DNA from: a virus
Lineage: Duplodnaviria; Caudoviricetes
IMG/VR virus record: IMGVR_UViG_3300014166_000003
Location: 1 to 62,340 of that record
Strand: one strand, 5' to 3'
DNA length: 62,340 bases
In this document: piece after piece, positions 37,285 to 47,261 of the stretch
Layout of the letters: each line of letters starts with the position of its first letter
Numbering within the stretch: the stretch's first letter is position 1
The notes under the pieces: generated by a model
What the model was told of the DNA's origin: nothing
Database searches by the model: none
What the model saw: the letters and a program-made list of their open reading frames with translations, nothing else
Translations under genes and position numbers: made by a program

Positions 37285-39627
37285 ATGGAAGTTATCAAGC
37301 GAGATGGACGCAGGGAAGCGTTCGACGAGAAGAAAGTTCAGCGGGCAATCACGAGAGCACTGCTGAGCATAGGTCACGACGATTCAGCAGCCTGGGCGGT
37401 AAAAATCACCGCCTGGGCTCTTGACGTGATCGGTCAGTACCGATCAATTCAGGTGGAAGAGATTCAGGACATAGTGCAAGAGATTCTGCAGGAGAACATT
37501 AATGCGGAGACCGCACTCGCATACGTCAACTACCGCTTTCGACACCAAGCACTGCGCAATGCATCCGGTGAGCTAGACAAGCCAGATGACGTCCGCACCG
37601 TCAAGAATGCACAGCGGTACTTTCCGACCGAGATTCAAAAGCTGCAGTTTTACGACAAGTACAGCCGGTACGATCGTTCGAAGGGACGTCGCGAGACATG
37701 GCCTGAGACAGTCAGACGCGTATTCCACTTTCTGCAAGAAAACGTCGGAAGTTCCGGAACTTCCGGAAGTCTGTCGAACGGTGAGTGGGAAGAGCTGCGT
37801 GATGCTGTGCTCAAGCTGGACGTCATGCCGTCCATGCGCCTGCTGCAGATGGCTGGACCGGCACTCGAAGCACACGGGCACGTCGGCGCGTACAACTGCG
37901 CGTATCTCCCGATTGACTCGCTGACGTCGTTCGTTGAGCTGCTCTTCATCCTGATGCAGGGTACAGGTGTCGGCTACAGCGTGGAGTGGCAGAACGTCGC
38001 GAAGCTGCCCACGGTTCAGTATCAGCACCCGGAAGATATCGATTACCTGACGGAACACACCATCGAAGACTCGACCGAAGGATGGTGCAACGCGCTGCGC
38101 CTGGGAATCGAAACATGGTTCCAGGGACACGCTATCATTTTCGACTATTCGAAGATCCGCCCACAGGGAGCAGCACTTAACACGAAAGGCGGTCGAGCCA
38201 GCGGACCGCGACCACTGCAAGATCTGCTGACATTTGTGCGTGACACCATCGCAGACGCACAGGGACGTCGGCTGACACCGCTCGAATGTCACGAGATCGC
38301 ATGCTACTGCGGATACATCGTCCAGGTTGGTGGTGTCCGACGCTCCGCACTCATTTGCCTGTTCGACGATTGGGATTTGTCCATTGCTGGCTGTAAGCAG
38401 GGTGAGTTCTGGCTTGCAAAGCCGTGGCTCGCAATGGCGAACAACAGCGCAGTGTATGAAGGTCGGCCGACCGTTGCGAACTTCCTGCACCGCTGGGCGA
38501 ACCTGATCGACGGACAAACAGGTGAGCCTGGGATATTCAACCGTGAACAGGTGTGGACGTCGCTCGAAGCAAGATCGCATAAGCGCGTGACGCTCGACGA
38601 GTCTACTGGATGGGCGATTGCATTCGGCACGAATCCATGTGGAGAAATCATTCTGCGTCCACGGCAATTCTGCAATCTGACGATTGCTGTCGCTCGACCG
38701 GCCGACACGATCTTCGATCTCAAACGCAAGATCCGACTCGCGACTATCCTGGGCACGGTGCAGAGCACGCTGACCGATTTCGGTTATCTGGACACGCTCA
38801 ACCAAGATTGGAAAAAGAATTGTGAAGAAGAAAGATTGCTGGGCGTAGACATAACGGGAATCCAGGACAATCCCGTGCTGCGCTATCGATCATCTGCGCT
38901 CTGCTTTCCACCACAGGACGACGTACGTCAGGTTCCGCTGAATCAAATGTACCGTCGTGATGCACTCAGCATGCTGCGCGATTACGCAGTCAGCATGAAT
39001 CAGGTGTACGCAAAGCTGTTTGGCATTCCGGAATCCGCGTCCGTCACATGCGTAAAACCGTCCGGCAATTCCTCGCAACTGCTCGATACGTCCAGTGGAC
39101 TGCATCCACGTTTCGCGCCTTATTATATTCGTCGGTTCCGCATCGGCGCGTACACACCGATCGCAGCACTTCTGCGTGAGAGTGGCATTCCGTTTCAGCC
39201 GGAAGTCGGACAGACCTTGGAGAACGCAACCGTGCTCGTATTCGAGTTTCCCGTTGCTTCACCGAAGGACGCACTTACGCGCAGAGACATGCATGCCCAG
39301 GCGCAGCTTGAGAACTGGCTCGACCTAAAGCTGTATTACACCGAGCACAATCCGAGCACAACGGTCGTCGTAGACGACGATGAATGGATTGAAACAGCCG
39401 CATGGGTACATCGCGAGTGGCAGCACATCGGCGGGCTCACGTTCTTTCCGAAGGACGGCAATGTTTATCAGCTCGCACCGTATGAGGAAATCTCGAAAGA
39501 GCGATACGAAGAGCTGTCGAAGAACTTTCCGACTGTCGATTATTCGAAGCTCGTTCGGTACGAACACCAGGACGAGACGACAAGCGGTAGGGAATTCAAC
39601 TGCACATCGGGAGCGTGCGAGCTGTGA
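37285..39627 (+). CDS. nrdJ: Class II (B12-dependent) ribonucleotide reductase with N-terminal ATP-cone
   Basis: VIKRDGRRE.FD ATP-cone; YNCAY, GGVRRSA, GTNPCGEI, FCNL, TCVKPSG, C-terminal CTSGAC. Confidence 0.92.
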   Translation: MEVIKRDGRREAFDEKKVQRAITRALLSIGHDDSAAWAVKITAWALDVIGQYRSIQVEEIQDIVQEILQENINAETALAYVNYRFRHQALRNASGELDKPDDVRTVKNAQRYFPTEIQKLQFYDKYSRYDRSKGRRETWPETVRRVFHFLQENVGSSGTSGSLSNGEWEELRDAVLKLDVMPSMRLLQMAGPALEAHGHVGAYNCAYLPIDSLTSFVELLFILMQGTGVGYSVEWQNVAKLPTVQYQHPEDIDYLTEHTIEDSTEGWCNALRLGIETWFQGHAIIFDYSKIRPQGAALNTKGGRASGPRPLQDLLTFVRDTIADAQGRRLTPLECHEIACYCGYIVQVGGVRRSALICLFDDWDLSIAGCKQGEFWLAKPWLAMANNSAVYEGRPTVANFLHRWANLIDGQTGEPGIFNREQVWTSLEARSHKRVTLDESTGWAIAFGTNPCGEIILRPRQFCNLTIAVARPADTIFDLKRKIRLATILGTVQSTLTDFGYLDTLNQDWKKNCEEERLLGVDITGIQDNPVLRYRSSALCFPPQDDVRQVPLNQMYRRDALSMLRDYAVSMNQVYAKLFGIPESASVTCVKPSGNSSQLLDTSSGLHPRFAPYYIRRFRIGAYTPIAALLRESGIPFQPEVGQTLENATVLVFEFPVASPKDALTRRDMHAQAQLENWLDLKLYYTEHNPSTTVVVDDDEWIETAAWVHREWQHIGGLTFFPKDGNVYQLAPYEEISKERYEELSKNFPTVDYSKLVRYEHQDETTSGREFNCTSGACEL

Positions 39628-39629
39628 GC

Positions 39630-39830
39630 ATGCATCGTTGTTCCCAATGCAGTCCGATGGACCTGAGCAAGATCATTGATCAATTGATCGACGTGATTCA
39701 TCGATATGACGAAGCGGCCGACAAGTTCATTCAGAAAGTCGATAGCGGCCGTGCACGAAGCGTCGAAACATACAACGAACTGAAAGTCGCACGAGCGGCG
39801 AGTCGAATCTACGCGGAGGAAGAACCATGA
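39630..39830 (+). CDS. Hypothetical protein
   Basis: ORF coupled to its neighbours; KFIQKVDSGRARSVETY. Confidence 0.5.
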   Translation: MHRCSQCSPMDLSKIIDQLIDVIHRYDEAADKFIQKVDSGRARSVETYNELKVARAASRIYAEEEP

Positions 39831-40204
39831 GCTGTGACGTTTGTCTGTCCGGTGCTGATGCGGACAGCGAGTTCAACTATGACCGGCAGTACACAGCACG
39901 CAAAACATACACGTGCGAAGAATGTCGAAGCACCATCCAGGTTGGCGATACATATCGTCGGCTTGGCGGCAAGTGTGATGGGTACATGTGGCATGAGATC
40001 GTCTGCAAGCTGTGTCACGAGATCAACATGGTCTTCTCATGCGACAACGGCACGATGTGGGGCAACCTGTGGACGGACATTTACGACTACATCTTTCCCG
40101 ATCTGCGCGTGACCACACCCTGCTTCAACAAGCTGAGCATGCCCGCACGGGCAAAGATCACCGAACAATGGTGGAAATGGAAAGGACTTCAAGAACCACG
40201 ATGA
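39827..40204 (+). CDS. Zn-finger-like hypothetical protein
   Basis: ARK...CEEC...I..GD.Y...C.LC. Confidence 0.65.
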   Translation: MSCDVCLSGADADSEFNYDRQYTARKTYTCEECRSTIQVGDTYRRLGGKCDGYMWHEIVCKLCHEINMVFSCDNGTMWGNLWTDIYDYIFPDLRVTTPCFNKLSMPARAKITEQWWKWKGLQEPR

Positions 40205-40500
40205 GTACACACAAGTGGGAAGACATCAAACGACGAAAACCAGGACAACAAAGAAACCCGGATCGCATTCCGCTGATCGTAGCGATGCTTGAGCAAGCTT
40301 GGGCGAAATATCCGGATCTGCGGCTGGGACAATTGCTCGCGAACCTGGACAGGCTTTTCGACGAAAACCCGTTCTTCTATGAAGACTGTTCGCTGGAAAC
40401 CTGCCTCGACGCACTCGTGAACGAATGCGGAAACGATCTGAATGAATACATGCGACGGAGAAAGGAAGACAGTGGCAACAGTAAACGTACCGAAGAGTAA
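40201..40500 (+). CDS. Hypothetical protein
   Basis: RNPDRI...W...PDLRLGQLL, a common phage motif. Confidence 0.65.
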   Translation: MSTHKWEDIKRRKPGQQRNPDRIPLIVAMLEQAWAKYPDLRLGQLLANLDRLFDENPFFYEDCSLETCLDALVNECGNDLNEYMRRRKEDSGNSKRTEE

Positions 40501-40696
40501 TCCGAAAATGCCGTTCGGCAAGCATCGCGGGCAGTACGTCACCGAGCTGCCGGATGGGTATCTGTGCTGGCTCATGGAGACGATCTTTGATGACCTGGAA
40601 GGCGATTCATTGCGCGAAGCGATTTATGACGAGTACCAGAATCGCGGGCTCGCAGGGTCAGGCTTCGCTTACGAAGAAGATGAGGATGAAGATTGA
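40472..40696 (+). CDS. DUF3820-like protein
   Basis: MPFGKHRG....LP..YL.W. Confidence 0.7.
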   Translation: MATVNVPKSNPKMPFGKHRGQYVTELPDGYLCWLMETIFDDLEGDSLREAIYDEYQNRGLAGSGFAYEEDEDED

Positions 40697-40926
40697 CAAA
40701 AAAACGCTGCCGGGGGTTTGGGAGCAAGGAATGAGTCATGGGAAATGCCCCGGCAGCGGAACCTAAATCAACGTGAGAAATCGCAGATCGAAATAAGCAT
40801 AGGCACAGGTCATGCGAGCATGCAAGCAAAAGATCCAAAAATGCACATGGGAGAAATCTTCCACATGTGCGCAACCCGGTGCACAAAGCACACCGGACAG
40901 AGCATCACAATGACAGAAAAGGGGTA

Positions 40927-41319
40927 ATGACGGTAATGAGCCAAGGACGGCAAACAGCACGGGAAAAGTTCAATCTGCAAGAGTACCAAAAATGGACAAA
41001 GACGACCGAGAACGGCCGCGTCGCGTCGTGGGATTGGGAGCGGCAGCTCGCGTATTTCGGTCTCGGTATCGCGGGCGAATCGGGCGAAGTCGCTGAAAAG
41101 ATCAAGAAATTGTTCAGAGATTGCGAAGATCCGGACGGCAGCTTGGATAGCGGCTACCGCGAGATCATTGGCAAAGAGCTGGGCGACGTGCTTTGGTACG
41201 TGACTCGCATCGCATCCGTTGTGGGGCTCGACCTTCAAGATCTGTTCGAAGCGAACGTTTCGAAGATCGAAGATCGCAAAGCCCGTGGCACCATCGAGGG
41301 GAACGGAGACCATCGGTAA
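40927..41319 (+). CDS. MazG-like nucleotide pyrophosphohydrolase
   Basis: LGIAGESGEVAEKIKK...KELGDVLWY...N..K...R..RG.I.G.GD.R. Confidence 0.9.
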   Translation: MTVMSQGRQTAREKFNLQEYQKWTKTTENGRVASWDWERQLAYFGLGIAGESGEVAEKIKKLFRDCEDPDGSLDSGYREIIGKELGDVLWYVTRIASVVGLDLQDLFEANVSKIEDRKARGTIEGNGDHR

Positions 41320-41387
41320 TCGATTTCTCGCCGGTACGTTTCTCTCGGTGTTCTGCCAGCAGATCAAAGCACCGGGAGAAACAAACC

Positions 41388-42251
41388 ATGAACAAAGAGA
41401 AGGGATTTTTCGTCGAGCGTCGTGATTCCGCCTACAGACATATGACGCTTTCGTGTCCAGAGTGCTATCAATGCGGACAGTACACACAAGAACAAATATC
41501 CAACCTGCCTGTTGACGTCAATAGCCGCTCGACGGTAGCCTGTCTGTATTGCACATACCGGGGACCGATTGTGGATGCTGTAATCACAAACGAAACCTTA
41601 CCGCCGACTCCGTCGACTCCGACCGAAGCCCTGCCCACTGAAATCATCTATGATCAACGAAAACAAGTGTCGTCCATCATGACCGACTTCCTTGAAGCAA
41701 TCCACGACGCCGAGCACCGAACCAAAAAGCCCGCAGCACGCGACGTTGACGATCCATTTCCACACATCACGCAAATGAGCCATGACCATCAGGCATGGAA
41801 TTCGCATATCGCAGATCGTTCGGTCGGTGAGCTGTGCAATCTTGCAATAGCAGATGTTCGAAAGAAAGCCCCACCTGAGCTGCACAGGAAGTATGCCACG
41901 CTGCTTGATGCATGGGTTCGCACACGCAGTGTGAAGAAGCTTCTTGAGCACGAGAACGGTCTGCTGCTCACACCGAGTGCAATGCGTTTCAGCTCTTTCT
42001 GTACGGGCGACAACAATTTCCGGATAGTTGGCTCAGTCTTCATTACGTATCGCCCTGCTGTGAACAAACTAGTCACCTGGATTGCTGTCGCTGAAAGCCA
42101 CTACCGGGAGCAGGGTGAATTGTATGTGTGGGCAGAGCCCATTGAAGTGCAGCCATATATCGGCGGCATTGACAGGTACGGACAGCTCCGGGAGAACAGC
42201 CATGAAGAACACGGAAATCAATACGAAGTCAACTATGGAGACAACGCGTGA
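41388..42251 (+). CDS. Hypothetical protein with N-terminal Zn-ribbon
   Basis: GGGAG SD; CPEC...CLYC. Confidence 0.6.
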   Translation: MNKEKGFFVERRDSAYRHMTLSCPECYQCGQYTQEQISNLPVDVNSRSTVACLYCTYRGPIVDAVITNETLPPTPSTPTEALPTEIIYDQRKQVSSIMTDFLEAIHDAEHRTKKPAARDVDDPFPHITQMSHDHQAWNSHIADRSVGELCNLAIADVRKKAPPELHRKYATLLDAWVRTRSVKKLLEHENGLLLTPSAMRFSSFCTGDNNFRIVGSVFITYRPAVNKLVTWIAVAESHYREQGELYVWAEPIEVQPYIGGIDRYGQLRENSHEEHGNQYEVNYGDNA

Positions 42252-42435
42252 AGAGCGCAGAGGCTACGAGATCATCGAGACGGCCGAGGGTACGAAAGCG
42301 ATTCGCTGCCATCGCTGCGGACGCGTAAGCCATCATCCGGAAGACGTCACCAGGAAGTACTGCGGCTTTTGCCACATGTACCACGGGGACATGGACCTTT
42401 CCGAGAACTTCGAGAATTCTGACGAACGGCCCTGA
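42202..42435 (+). CDS. Small Zn-finger protein
   Basis: I.C..CG..S.HPED....YCG.CH. Confidence 0.6.
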   Translation: MKNTEINTKSTMETTREERRGYEIIETAEGTKAIRCHRCGRVSHHPEDVTRKYCGFCHMYHGDMDLSENFENSDERP

Positions 42436-42469
42436 TTCCGGACAAACAAAGAATGGAGGTTACAAAGTA

Positions 42470-43174
42470 ATGGCAAAACTTCTGTCCGAAGAGTTCTGGA
42501 CAAAACCCATCAGCGAGCTATTCGGTGTCAAAGAACGCCTGCAAGCACGCTACACCCCACCGAAACCTACAGCACTCACCGTACAAGAGGCAAAGCAGAT
42601 CGAAATACCGGGATACGGTGTGCTCACGCTGGAAGACGCGCTCGACTACAAGAAACGCACCGAAGATTTGAAGCTGGGAATCAGCTCAGTCGTCGGACAG
42701 CACATCACAAACGCCATCGCCACAGCGAAGTGGAAAACCTTCCTTGCAGAAAATGGCTGCACGATCTACGACAAGGTTCAAGTTCATCGCTACCTGCAAC
42801 GACGATGCCCCAACAATTACGCGCCCTGCTGGATCAATGCCGGTAGTGGTGCTGCCACTCGTCCGTGGTCAATGCTCTCGAATGGATCGGTGCTAGAAAA
42901 CCCATACGCGATGTCGATGACATACACAAAGGTCATTCCCATTGAAGTGCTTGAAATACTGGCAAAGCTGCGGGCCGATCTTTCAGTGCGGTCTGACAAG
43001 TACTCACTGCAACCGTTTAATGTGTATGTCAGTGACTTCGTGCAGACCGAAGCAATCGACGGCAAGTTCGATCCGTTTCTTGCTGTCGGCAATATAGGCA
43101 CAAATCACGCAAATCCGGATAACGTGTGGTTCATCATCGAACGCTGGGACGAGCCAGCATTCCGCATGCGCTAA
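42470..43174 (+). CDS. Hypothetical protein
   Basis: GGAGG SD; DPFL.V......IERWDEP.F C-terminal motif. Confidence 0.7.
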   Translation: MAKLLSEEFWTKPISELFGVKERLQARYTPPKPTALTVQEAKQIEIPGYGVLTLEDALDYKKRTEDLKLGISSVVGQHITNAIATAKWKTFLAENGCTIYDKVQVHRYLQRRCPNNYAPCWINAGSGAATRPWSMLSNGSVLENPYAMSMTYTKVIPIEVLEILAKLRADLSVRSDKYSLQPFNVYVSDFVQTEAIDGKFDPFLAVGNIGTNHANPDNVWFIIERWDEPAFRMR

Positions 43175-43178
43175 GTTC

Positions 43179-43209
43179 GCAGTCCGTAGTAAGCAGTCCG
43201 TAGTAAGCA
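43179..43209 (+). repeat. 14-bp tandem direct repeat
   Basis: GCAGTCCGTAGTAA x2 plus GCA, intergenic. Confidence 0.7.
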
Positions 43210-43248
43210 ATGCAGAAGTACACAGAAAGGAAGAGAGGTAATTTGACA

Positions 43249-43650
43249 ATGGATAGAGATAACAAGAACACGAACGTCGGCGGTAGTGGCGACAGCTACA
43301 AGGGGCAGAACCCGGTCAACAAGCAGATTGTTGACGCGAGCAAAGTGCCGAACACGTCGCTCAAGAGCCTGCACAGCATTCTGTTCGCTGAAGACAACGA
43401 CGGTCAGGTCACAATCACCGCAGACGGCACGCAGATCTATCACGGCGGTAGCTGGCAGGAAGCGAACATGGCACTCTGCCGCAGCTTCTACGGCATCGCC
43501 TACAGTGAGACCGGTGACAAGGAATTCGATCCGTCCAACGTCGATTGGTCGGCAGTCAAAGATCAATTCAACACCGATCCGCTGACCGCACTGCTGGCAT
43601 CGACAGGACTCGATGCATTCGACGATTCAGATATCGAGCAAGCTGCTTAG
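43249..43650 (+). CDS. Hypothetical acidic protein
   Basis: GAGG SD; long ORF. Confidence 0.65.
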   Translation: MDRDNKNTNVGGSGDSYKGQNPVNKQIVDASKVPNTSLKSLHSILFAEDNDGQVTITADGTQIYHGGSWQEANMALCRSFYGIAYSETGDKEFDPSNVDWSAVKDQFNTDPLTALLASTGLDAFDDSDIEQAA

Positions 43651-43651
43651 C

Positions 43652-43980
43652 GTCCCACGTGGGACCAACCGAGCTGTTTGACGGTCTGTTACGTCGTACC
43701 GTGGACGGTCTCTCTGTGACTAGGTCGGGCGGCTGAAAGCAGGGAAACCGGAGACGCTACTTCGGACGGATAAGTAACCGTCAGACGGATGCCTTTATGC
43801 CGTTGTCTGCGGCTGCTCGATAAATACGACGGCTTGCGACAACGGTGTGAAGGTAAAAACTCCGCACCACGTTCGGCTGCTGCCACGCTTCGTTAGTGGT
43901 TTTTCGGGGACGTGGTTTATAGCAGCCGAACAGCGGAGTGATCAACGCGAGTTGCCAACGCACATGTCGATGGGGGCTCG
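43652..43980 (+). ncRNA. Candidate structured non-coding RNA
   Basis: Consecutive stems 43675-85/43777-87, 43800-07/43838-45, 43859-65/43933-39 and 43871-81/43921-31. Confidence 0.45.
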
Positions 43981-44227
43981 TAATACAAGTGAAGGGAGAA
44001 CTAAATGTGCAACCATGACGCAAGACGCAGCGCACTTCATGTTGGTGAAGGCACATAATATGCTGCACTCGTCGGTCTTTCGATTTGAAAACTTCGACAA
44101 GGCCGTGACCTTCTTAGTATTCGTGGATCTGCTAGACAGACTCCACAGATGGATAGGCTTTCTGCACGCAGGTCTGCAGAGTGTAATGAGTACCATCGGC
44201 ATGCTTGGCATCAAGTAGAAAGCTTCA

Positions 44228-44254
44228 AGCCTGGGCGCTAGCGCCCAGGCTTTT
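44228..44254 (+). terminator. Rho-independent terminator
   Basis: AGCCTGGGCGC/GCGCCCAGGCT followed by TTT. Confidence 0.7.
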
Positions 44255-44318
44255 CGCAATGTGTGGCCCTTAAACGAGTTAGCACAATCGATAGAAATCG
44301 CAGGCAGGGAGACAACAA

Positions 44319-44717
44319 ATGGCAGTCGATACAAAAGAAACGACGAAAGAAGAGCCTAGCACGCAGCAAGCACACAAGCGGAAAGCAACTGAGCTGTGGG
44401 ACATTATTTCTGCTGCCGACGTTAAGCGGTACGCACTGCATTGCAACTGTTCGGGAGATAAGATGGAGACGCTCACCGGCTACGACGTTGCAAAAGGCTT
44501 TCCAAGTGAACAAGAGCTGCAAGAGCTGATCGCGCATCCAACACCGGCCATGAAGGCGTTCGCAGCACTTACCGAAAGCGTTCTCAACATAATGGCAGAA
44601 CGCACTGGCATCGCTGCTCCACCGTTAGTTGTCGTAGGTGCTGCGATGGCACTCGTCACGATCGCAAGCACGCTCAGGCACAAGTCGCTGCAGACGGGTG
44701 GAACCGAGGTTTCATAG
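44319..44717 (+). CDS. Hypothetical protein with C-terminal TM helix
   Basis: GGGAG SD; hydrophobic C-terminus. Confidence 0.6.
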   Translation: MAVDTKETTKEEPSTQQAHKRKATELWDIISAADVKRYALHCNCSGDKMETLTGYDVAKGFPSEQELQELIAHPTPAMKAFAALTESVLNIMAERTGIAAPPLVVVGAAMALVTIASTLRHKSLQTGGTEVS

Positions 44718-45359
44718 ATATATAATGATGAATCCCTATCTCGCTTGGAAATGGTTCTGGTTCAAATGGCCGTGCGGAGATTGCCAGCGTTCAGCCATGA
44801 AGTATGGTCTGCACTGGACAAAGCGTCAAGGTGAGTGGCACGTGTGGGGTTATGTCGATGATGCACATGGACTGTAGTGCACTGTGGAGTCCGTTGCTGG
44901 TAGTTGTCGGCGCATGGGCTGTCCTTGTGGCAGTGATTCTCGTTTACGAGTCGAGATGGGTTTTCGATCCATTTAAGCAGCGAAAGATGCGTCTTGCCTC
45001 GATTGTGCTGATGTTTGTGGCACTGTCTTTGTTCATGGTTCTGTATTTCGGTTAGGTTGTCGATCTCGTTTGGTTCGTAGGAGTGAATATGTTGCCTATT
45101 TTTCGTAGTACGTGGCAGATGGTCATGTACGTACTAGGCGTGCTGATCACCGTCTTGATTCTTTGCACGTGGATGTGATGGCATACGTGCTAGGTCGCTC
45201 GCTAGCGATGTTCATGGGATGTGTGGCAGGCGTGCTCGCTGGCATGGTTATGCGGCAGCATGCTGGATTAGGTGTCGTGATCGTAATCGTGCTCTTGGAT
45301 TGCGTTCGCGTGGTACGACGCGAGCGGCAAGATGACGAATAGAACAGAAAGGAAGACAA

Positions 45360-45725
45360 ATGGATCGACGTGGATTTCTTGGTGGTTTGATTGGCGCGGC
45401 AGTAAGCACGGTCGCTGCAAGCATGTTATATGACAAGGAACGTGCGCTATGGTTGCCTGGGACGAAAGCATTCTCGTTTCCGAGTGAGTCGAATGCACCG
45501 AAGATCGTGCCTGCTGGTGCGTGGATCGCCATTCGCCTAGACAAAACGGAGGTTATACCAGATGTGCTGTTTCCTGGGCGGTACTTGCTGCAAAGCGAGT
45601 GGCAAGCAGTCGAAGATCCATCGGTACGTGGGAAGTATATCCATTCATTTATCGATCCGCATCCCTTCGCCGACGCGCAAGCAAAAGTCTTCTTCGAGAA
45701 GAGACGACAAATAATAAAAGCATGA
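45360..45725 (+). CDS. Protein with twin-arginine (Tat)-like signal
   Basis: MDRRGFLGGLIGAAVSTVAA. Confidence 0.65.
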   Translation: MDRRGFLGGLIGAAVSTVAASMLYDKERALWLPGTKAFSFPSESNAPKIVPAGAWIAIRLDKTEVIPDVLFPGRYLLQSEWQAVEDPSVRGKYIHSFIDPHPFADAQAKVFFEKRRQIIKA

Positions 45726-45952
45726 CAACCTATGAACTAGCGAGCTGCGTCGTCGTTGTTAAGAACATGCTAGCAACCGGCACGATCACTACCGCTCAAG
45801 CAGTCTACACGTTGTGGGATCTGGTTATCGAAGCAAGTCCACTGCGCGATGTGATCTATAAACCAGGAACGTCTGTCGTAATCGACACGCTGTTGAATCG
45901 AGATATACAGACGCCAACAAGGCAAGCGAACAATCCAAAGGACAACACATGA
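45722..45952 (+). CDS. Hypothetical protein
   Basis: ATGA coupling on both sides. Confidence 0.5.
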   Translation: MTTYELASCVVVVKNMLATGTITTAQAVYTLWDLVIEASPLRDVIYKPGTSVVIDTLLNRDIQTPTRQANNPKDNT

Positions 45953-46230
45953 CACCAAAGATCGCACAGCAACCAGTACCAGAACCGTTTCAATGTCCAG
46001 ACTGCGGCAGCACGGACTTTTGGGAAGGTCCGCACGGCGGACTGTCAGTAAACTTCTGCTGCATCAAATGTGGTGCTCGCTTCAATGACATGGTCATGGA
46101 GATTCAGCGCACGGATGCAGAAGGGCACGAATGCGAAAGCTTTCCACGGTCCTATTCATACCGGCTGTGGAAACCACGAACGAACAAGTTGGGCGATGAT
46201 CACAGGCGTGCTTCCAAGGCAGGGAATTAA
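45949..46230 (+). CDS. Zn-ribbon protein
   Basis: CPDCG...EGPHGG...C..CG.RFN. Confidence 0.6.
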   Translation: MTPKIAQQPVPEPFQCPDCGSTDFWEGPHGGLSVNFCCIKCGARFNDMVMEIQRTDAEGHECESFPRSYSYRLWKPRTNKLGDDHRRASKAGN

Positions 46231-46476
46231 GTGATGCAGGACGACGACGTTAGTTCTTTAACGGAAACGATCAAGTTCATGCGCTGGACCTACCTATTTC
46301 TCGTCGTGATGTTCGTAGCCCAAGTATGGGTGACCGTGCACTATCGCAATCTCGCCGAGGAATGGCGAAAGGAAGCAGAACAAGCCCTCGCAACGAGCAA
46401 TCAGGGATTGGAAGTGGTGCACAATTGGGAACAGATGTATTCCGAGCTGGTTGTAGTGTGTGGGCAGGCACATTAG
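46231..46476 (+). CDS. Membrane-anchored small protein
   Basis: One TM helix plus coiled coil. Confidence 0.5.
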   Translation: MMQDDDVSSLTETIKFMRWTYLFLVVMFVAQVWVTVHYRNLAEEWRKEAEQALATSNQGLEVVHNWEQMYSELVVVCGQAH

Positions 46477-46480
46477 GTAT

Positions 46481-47044
46481 ATGAGCAGACTCGTCGACAG
46501 TAAGTCACACGCCGAGATCATTGCCTCTGTGCGGATACCGCAGCGTTTGAAGAAGCGTCCGAAGTATCACGGCATGGCTATTCCTTATACGACCTGGATT
46601 CATCCGGTCACTGGCATACCGGACTTCAAGGTGAACGATGAGAAACGTCGGCTGTGCGTGATCCGAGATCGAGGTTGCGCCATGTGCGGCGAACGAATGA
46701 ATGAGCTGATTTGTTTCATCGGTGGTTCCGAAGGGATTTGCGATGGCAAGCTGTTCATTGACGCAGGCATGCATCCGGCTTGTGCGCGGTATGCATGGCA
46801 GGTGTGCCCGTACATTGTTTACGGTCGAACGCATGCGCCAGTCCCTTACTACGAAGGTGCAGTCATTCACGTGTTTCGTGATGCGCCGATCTCAAAGCCG
46901 ACAGCGATGGGTTTGCTGACAACCAACACCTATCAGCCGGTAGTTGTTATCAACGAAGAAGATGGAACAGAGGACTTGTTTGTGAAAGCTGGCCCACCCG
47001 TGCAGCCAGTAGAATGGAAGCATTATGCAAGCACAGATCAATAA
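46481..47044 (+). CDS. Conserved-looking Cys/His phage protein
   Basis: PDFK...C.MCG...FIGG...MHP.CARYA..VCPYI. Confidence 0.65.
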   Translation: MSRLVDSKSHAEIIASVRIPQRLKKRPKYHGMAIPYTTWIHPVTGIPDFKVNDEKRRLCVIRDRGCAMCGERMNELICFIGGSEGICDGKLFIDAGMHPACARYAWQVCPYIVYGRTHAPVPYYEGAVIHVFRDAPISKPTAMGLLTTNTYQPVVVINEEDGTEDLFVKAGPPVQPVEWKHYASTDQ

Positions 47045-47261
47045 CGTCGATGATGCAATATTTGTACTGCTAAAGGAAATTGCCAGCATGAAAGCGCGTC
47101 AAGCGGTCAGCTATGAATGCCTGAAACACCTAAAAGAAATGAAAACGATTCTTTATGCGTTCGGCATCTATGATCCAAACACAGAGCGAGATTACGAACT
47201 TGCAAACATGTTGCGTCCGCACCTGGACGCAGTATGCAGCGAGCTGCAGTTGGGGGAATGA
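47025..47261 (+). CDS. Hypothetical protein
   Basis: Operon packing. Confidence 0.45.
   Translation: MQAQINNVDDAIFVLLKEIASMKARQAVSYECLKHLKEMKTILYAFGIYDPNTERDYELANMLRPHLDAVCSELQLGE

Noticed and set aside
37573-38805. Long antisense ORFs (410 aa here; also 30060-31094 and 18746-19552)
   Set aside because: Shadows of well-supported genes on the opposite strand; no RBS or recognisable motifs.
3323-41319. Hypermodified-base pathway (hmU, dZ, 7-deazaguanine) suggested by UDG-PolA, NDT-like, MazG and RNR genes
   Set aside because: No thymidylate synthase/hydroxymethylase, PurZ, DpdA or Que genes recognisable in the window; they could lie outside it.
43705-43756. Hammerhead ribozyme (CTGTGA...GAAAC)
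   Set aside because: The core lacks CUGANGA and stem II is not properly formed.
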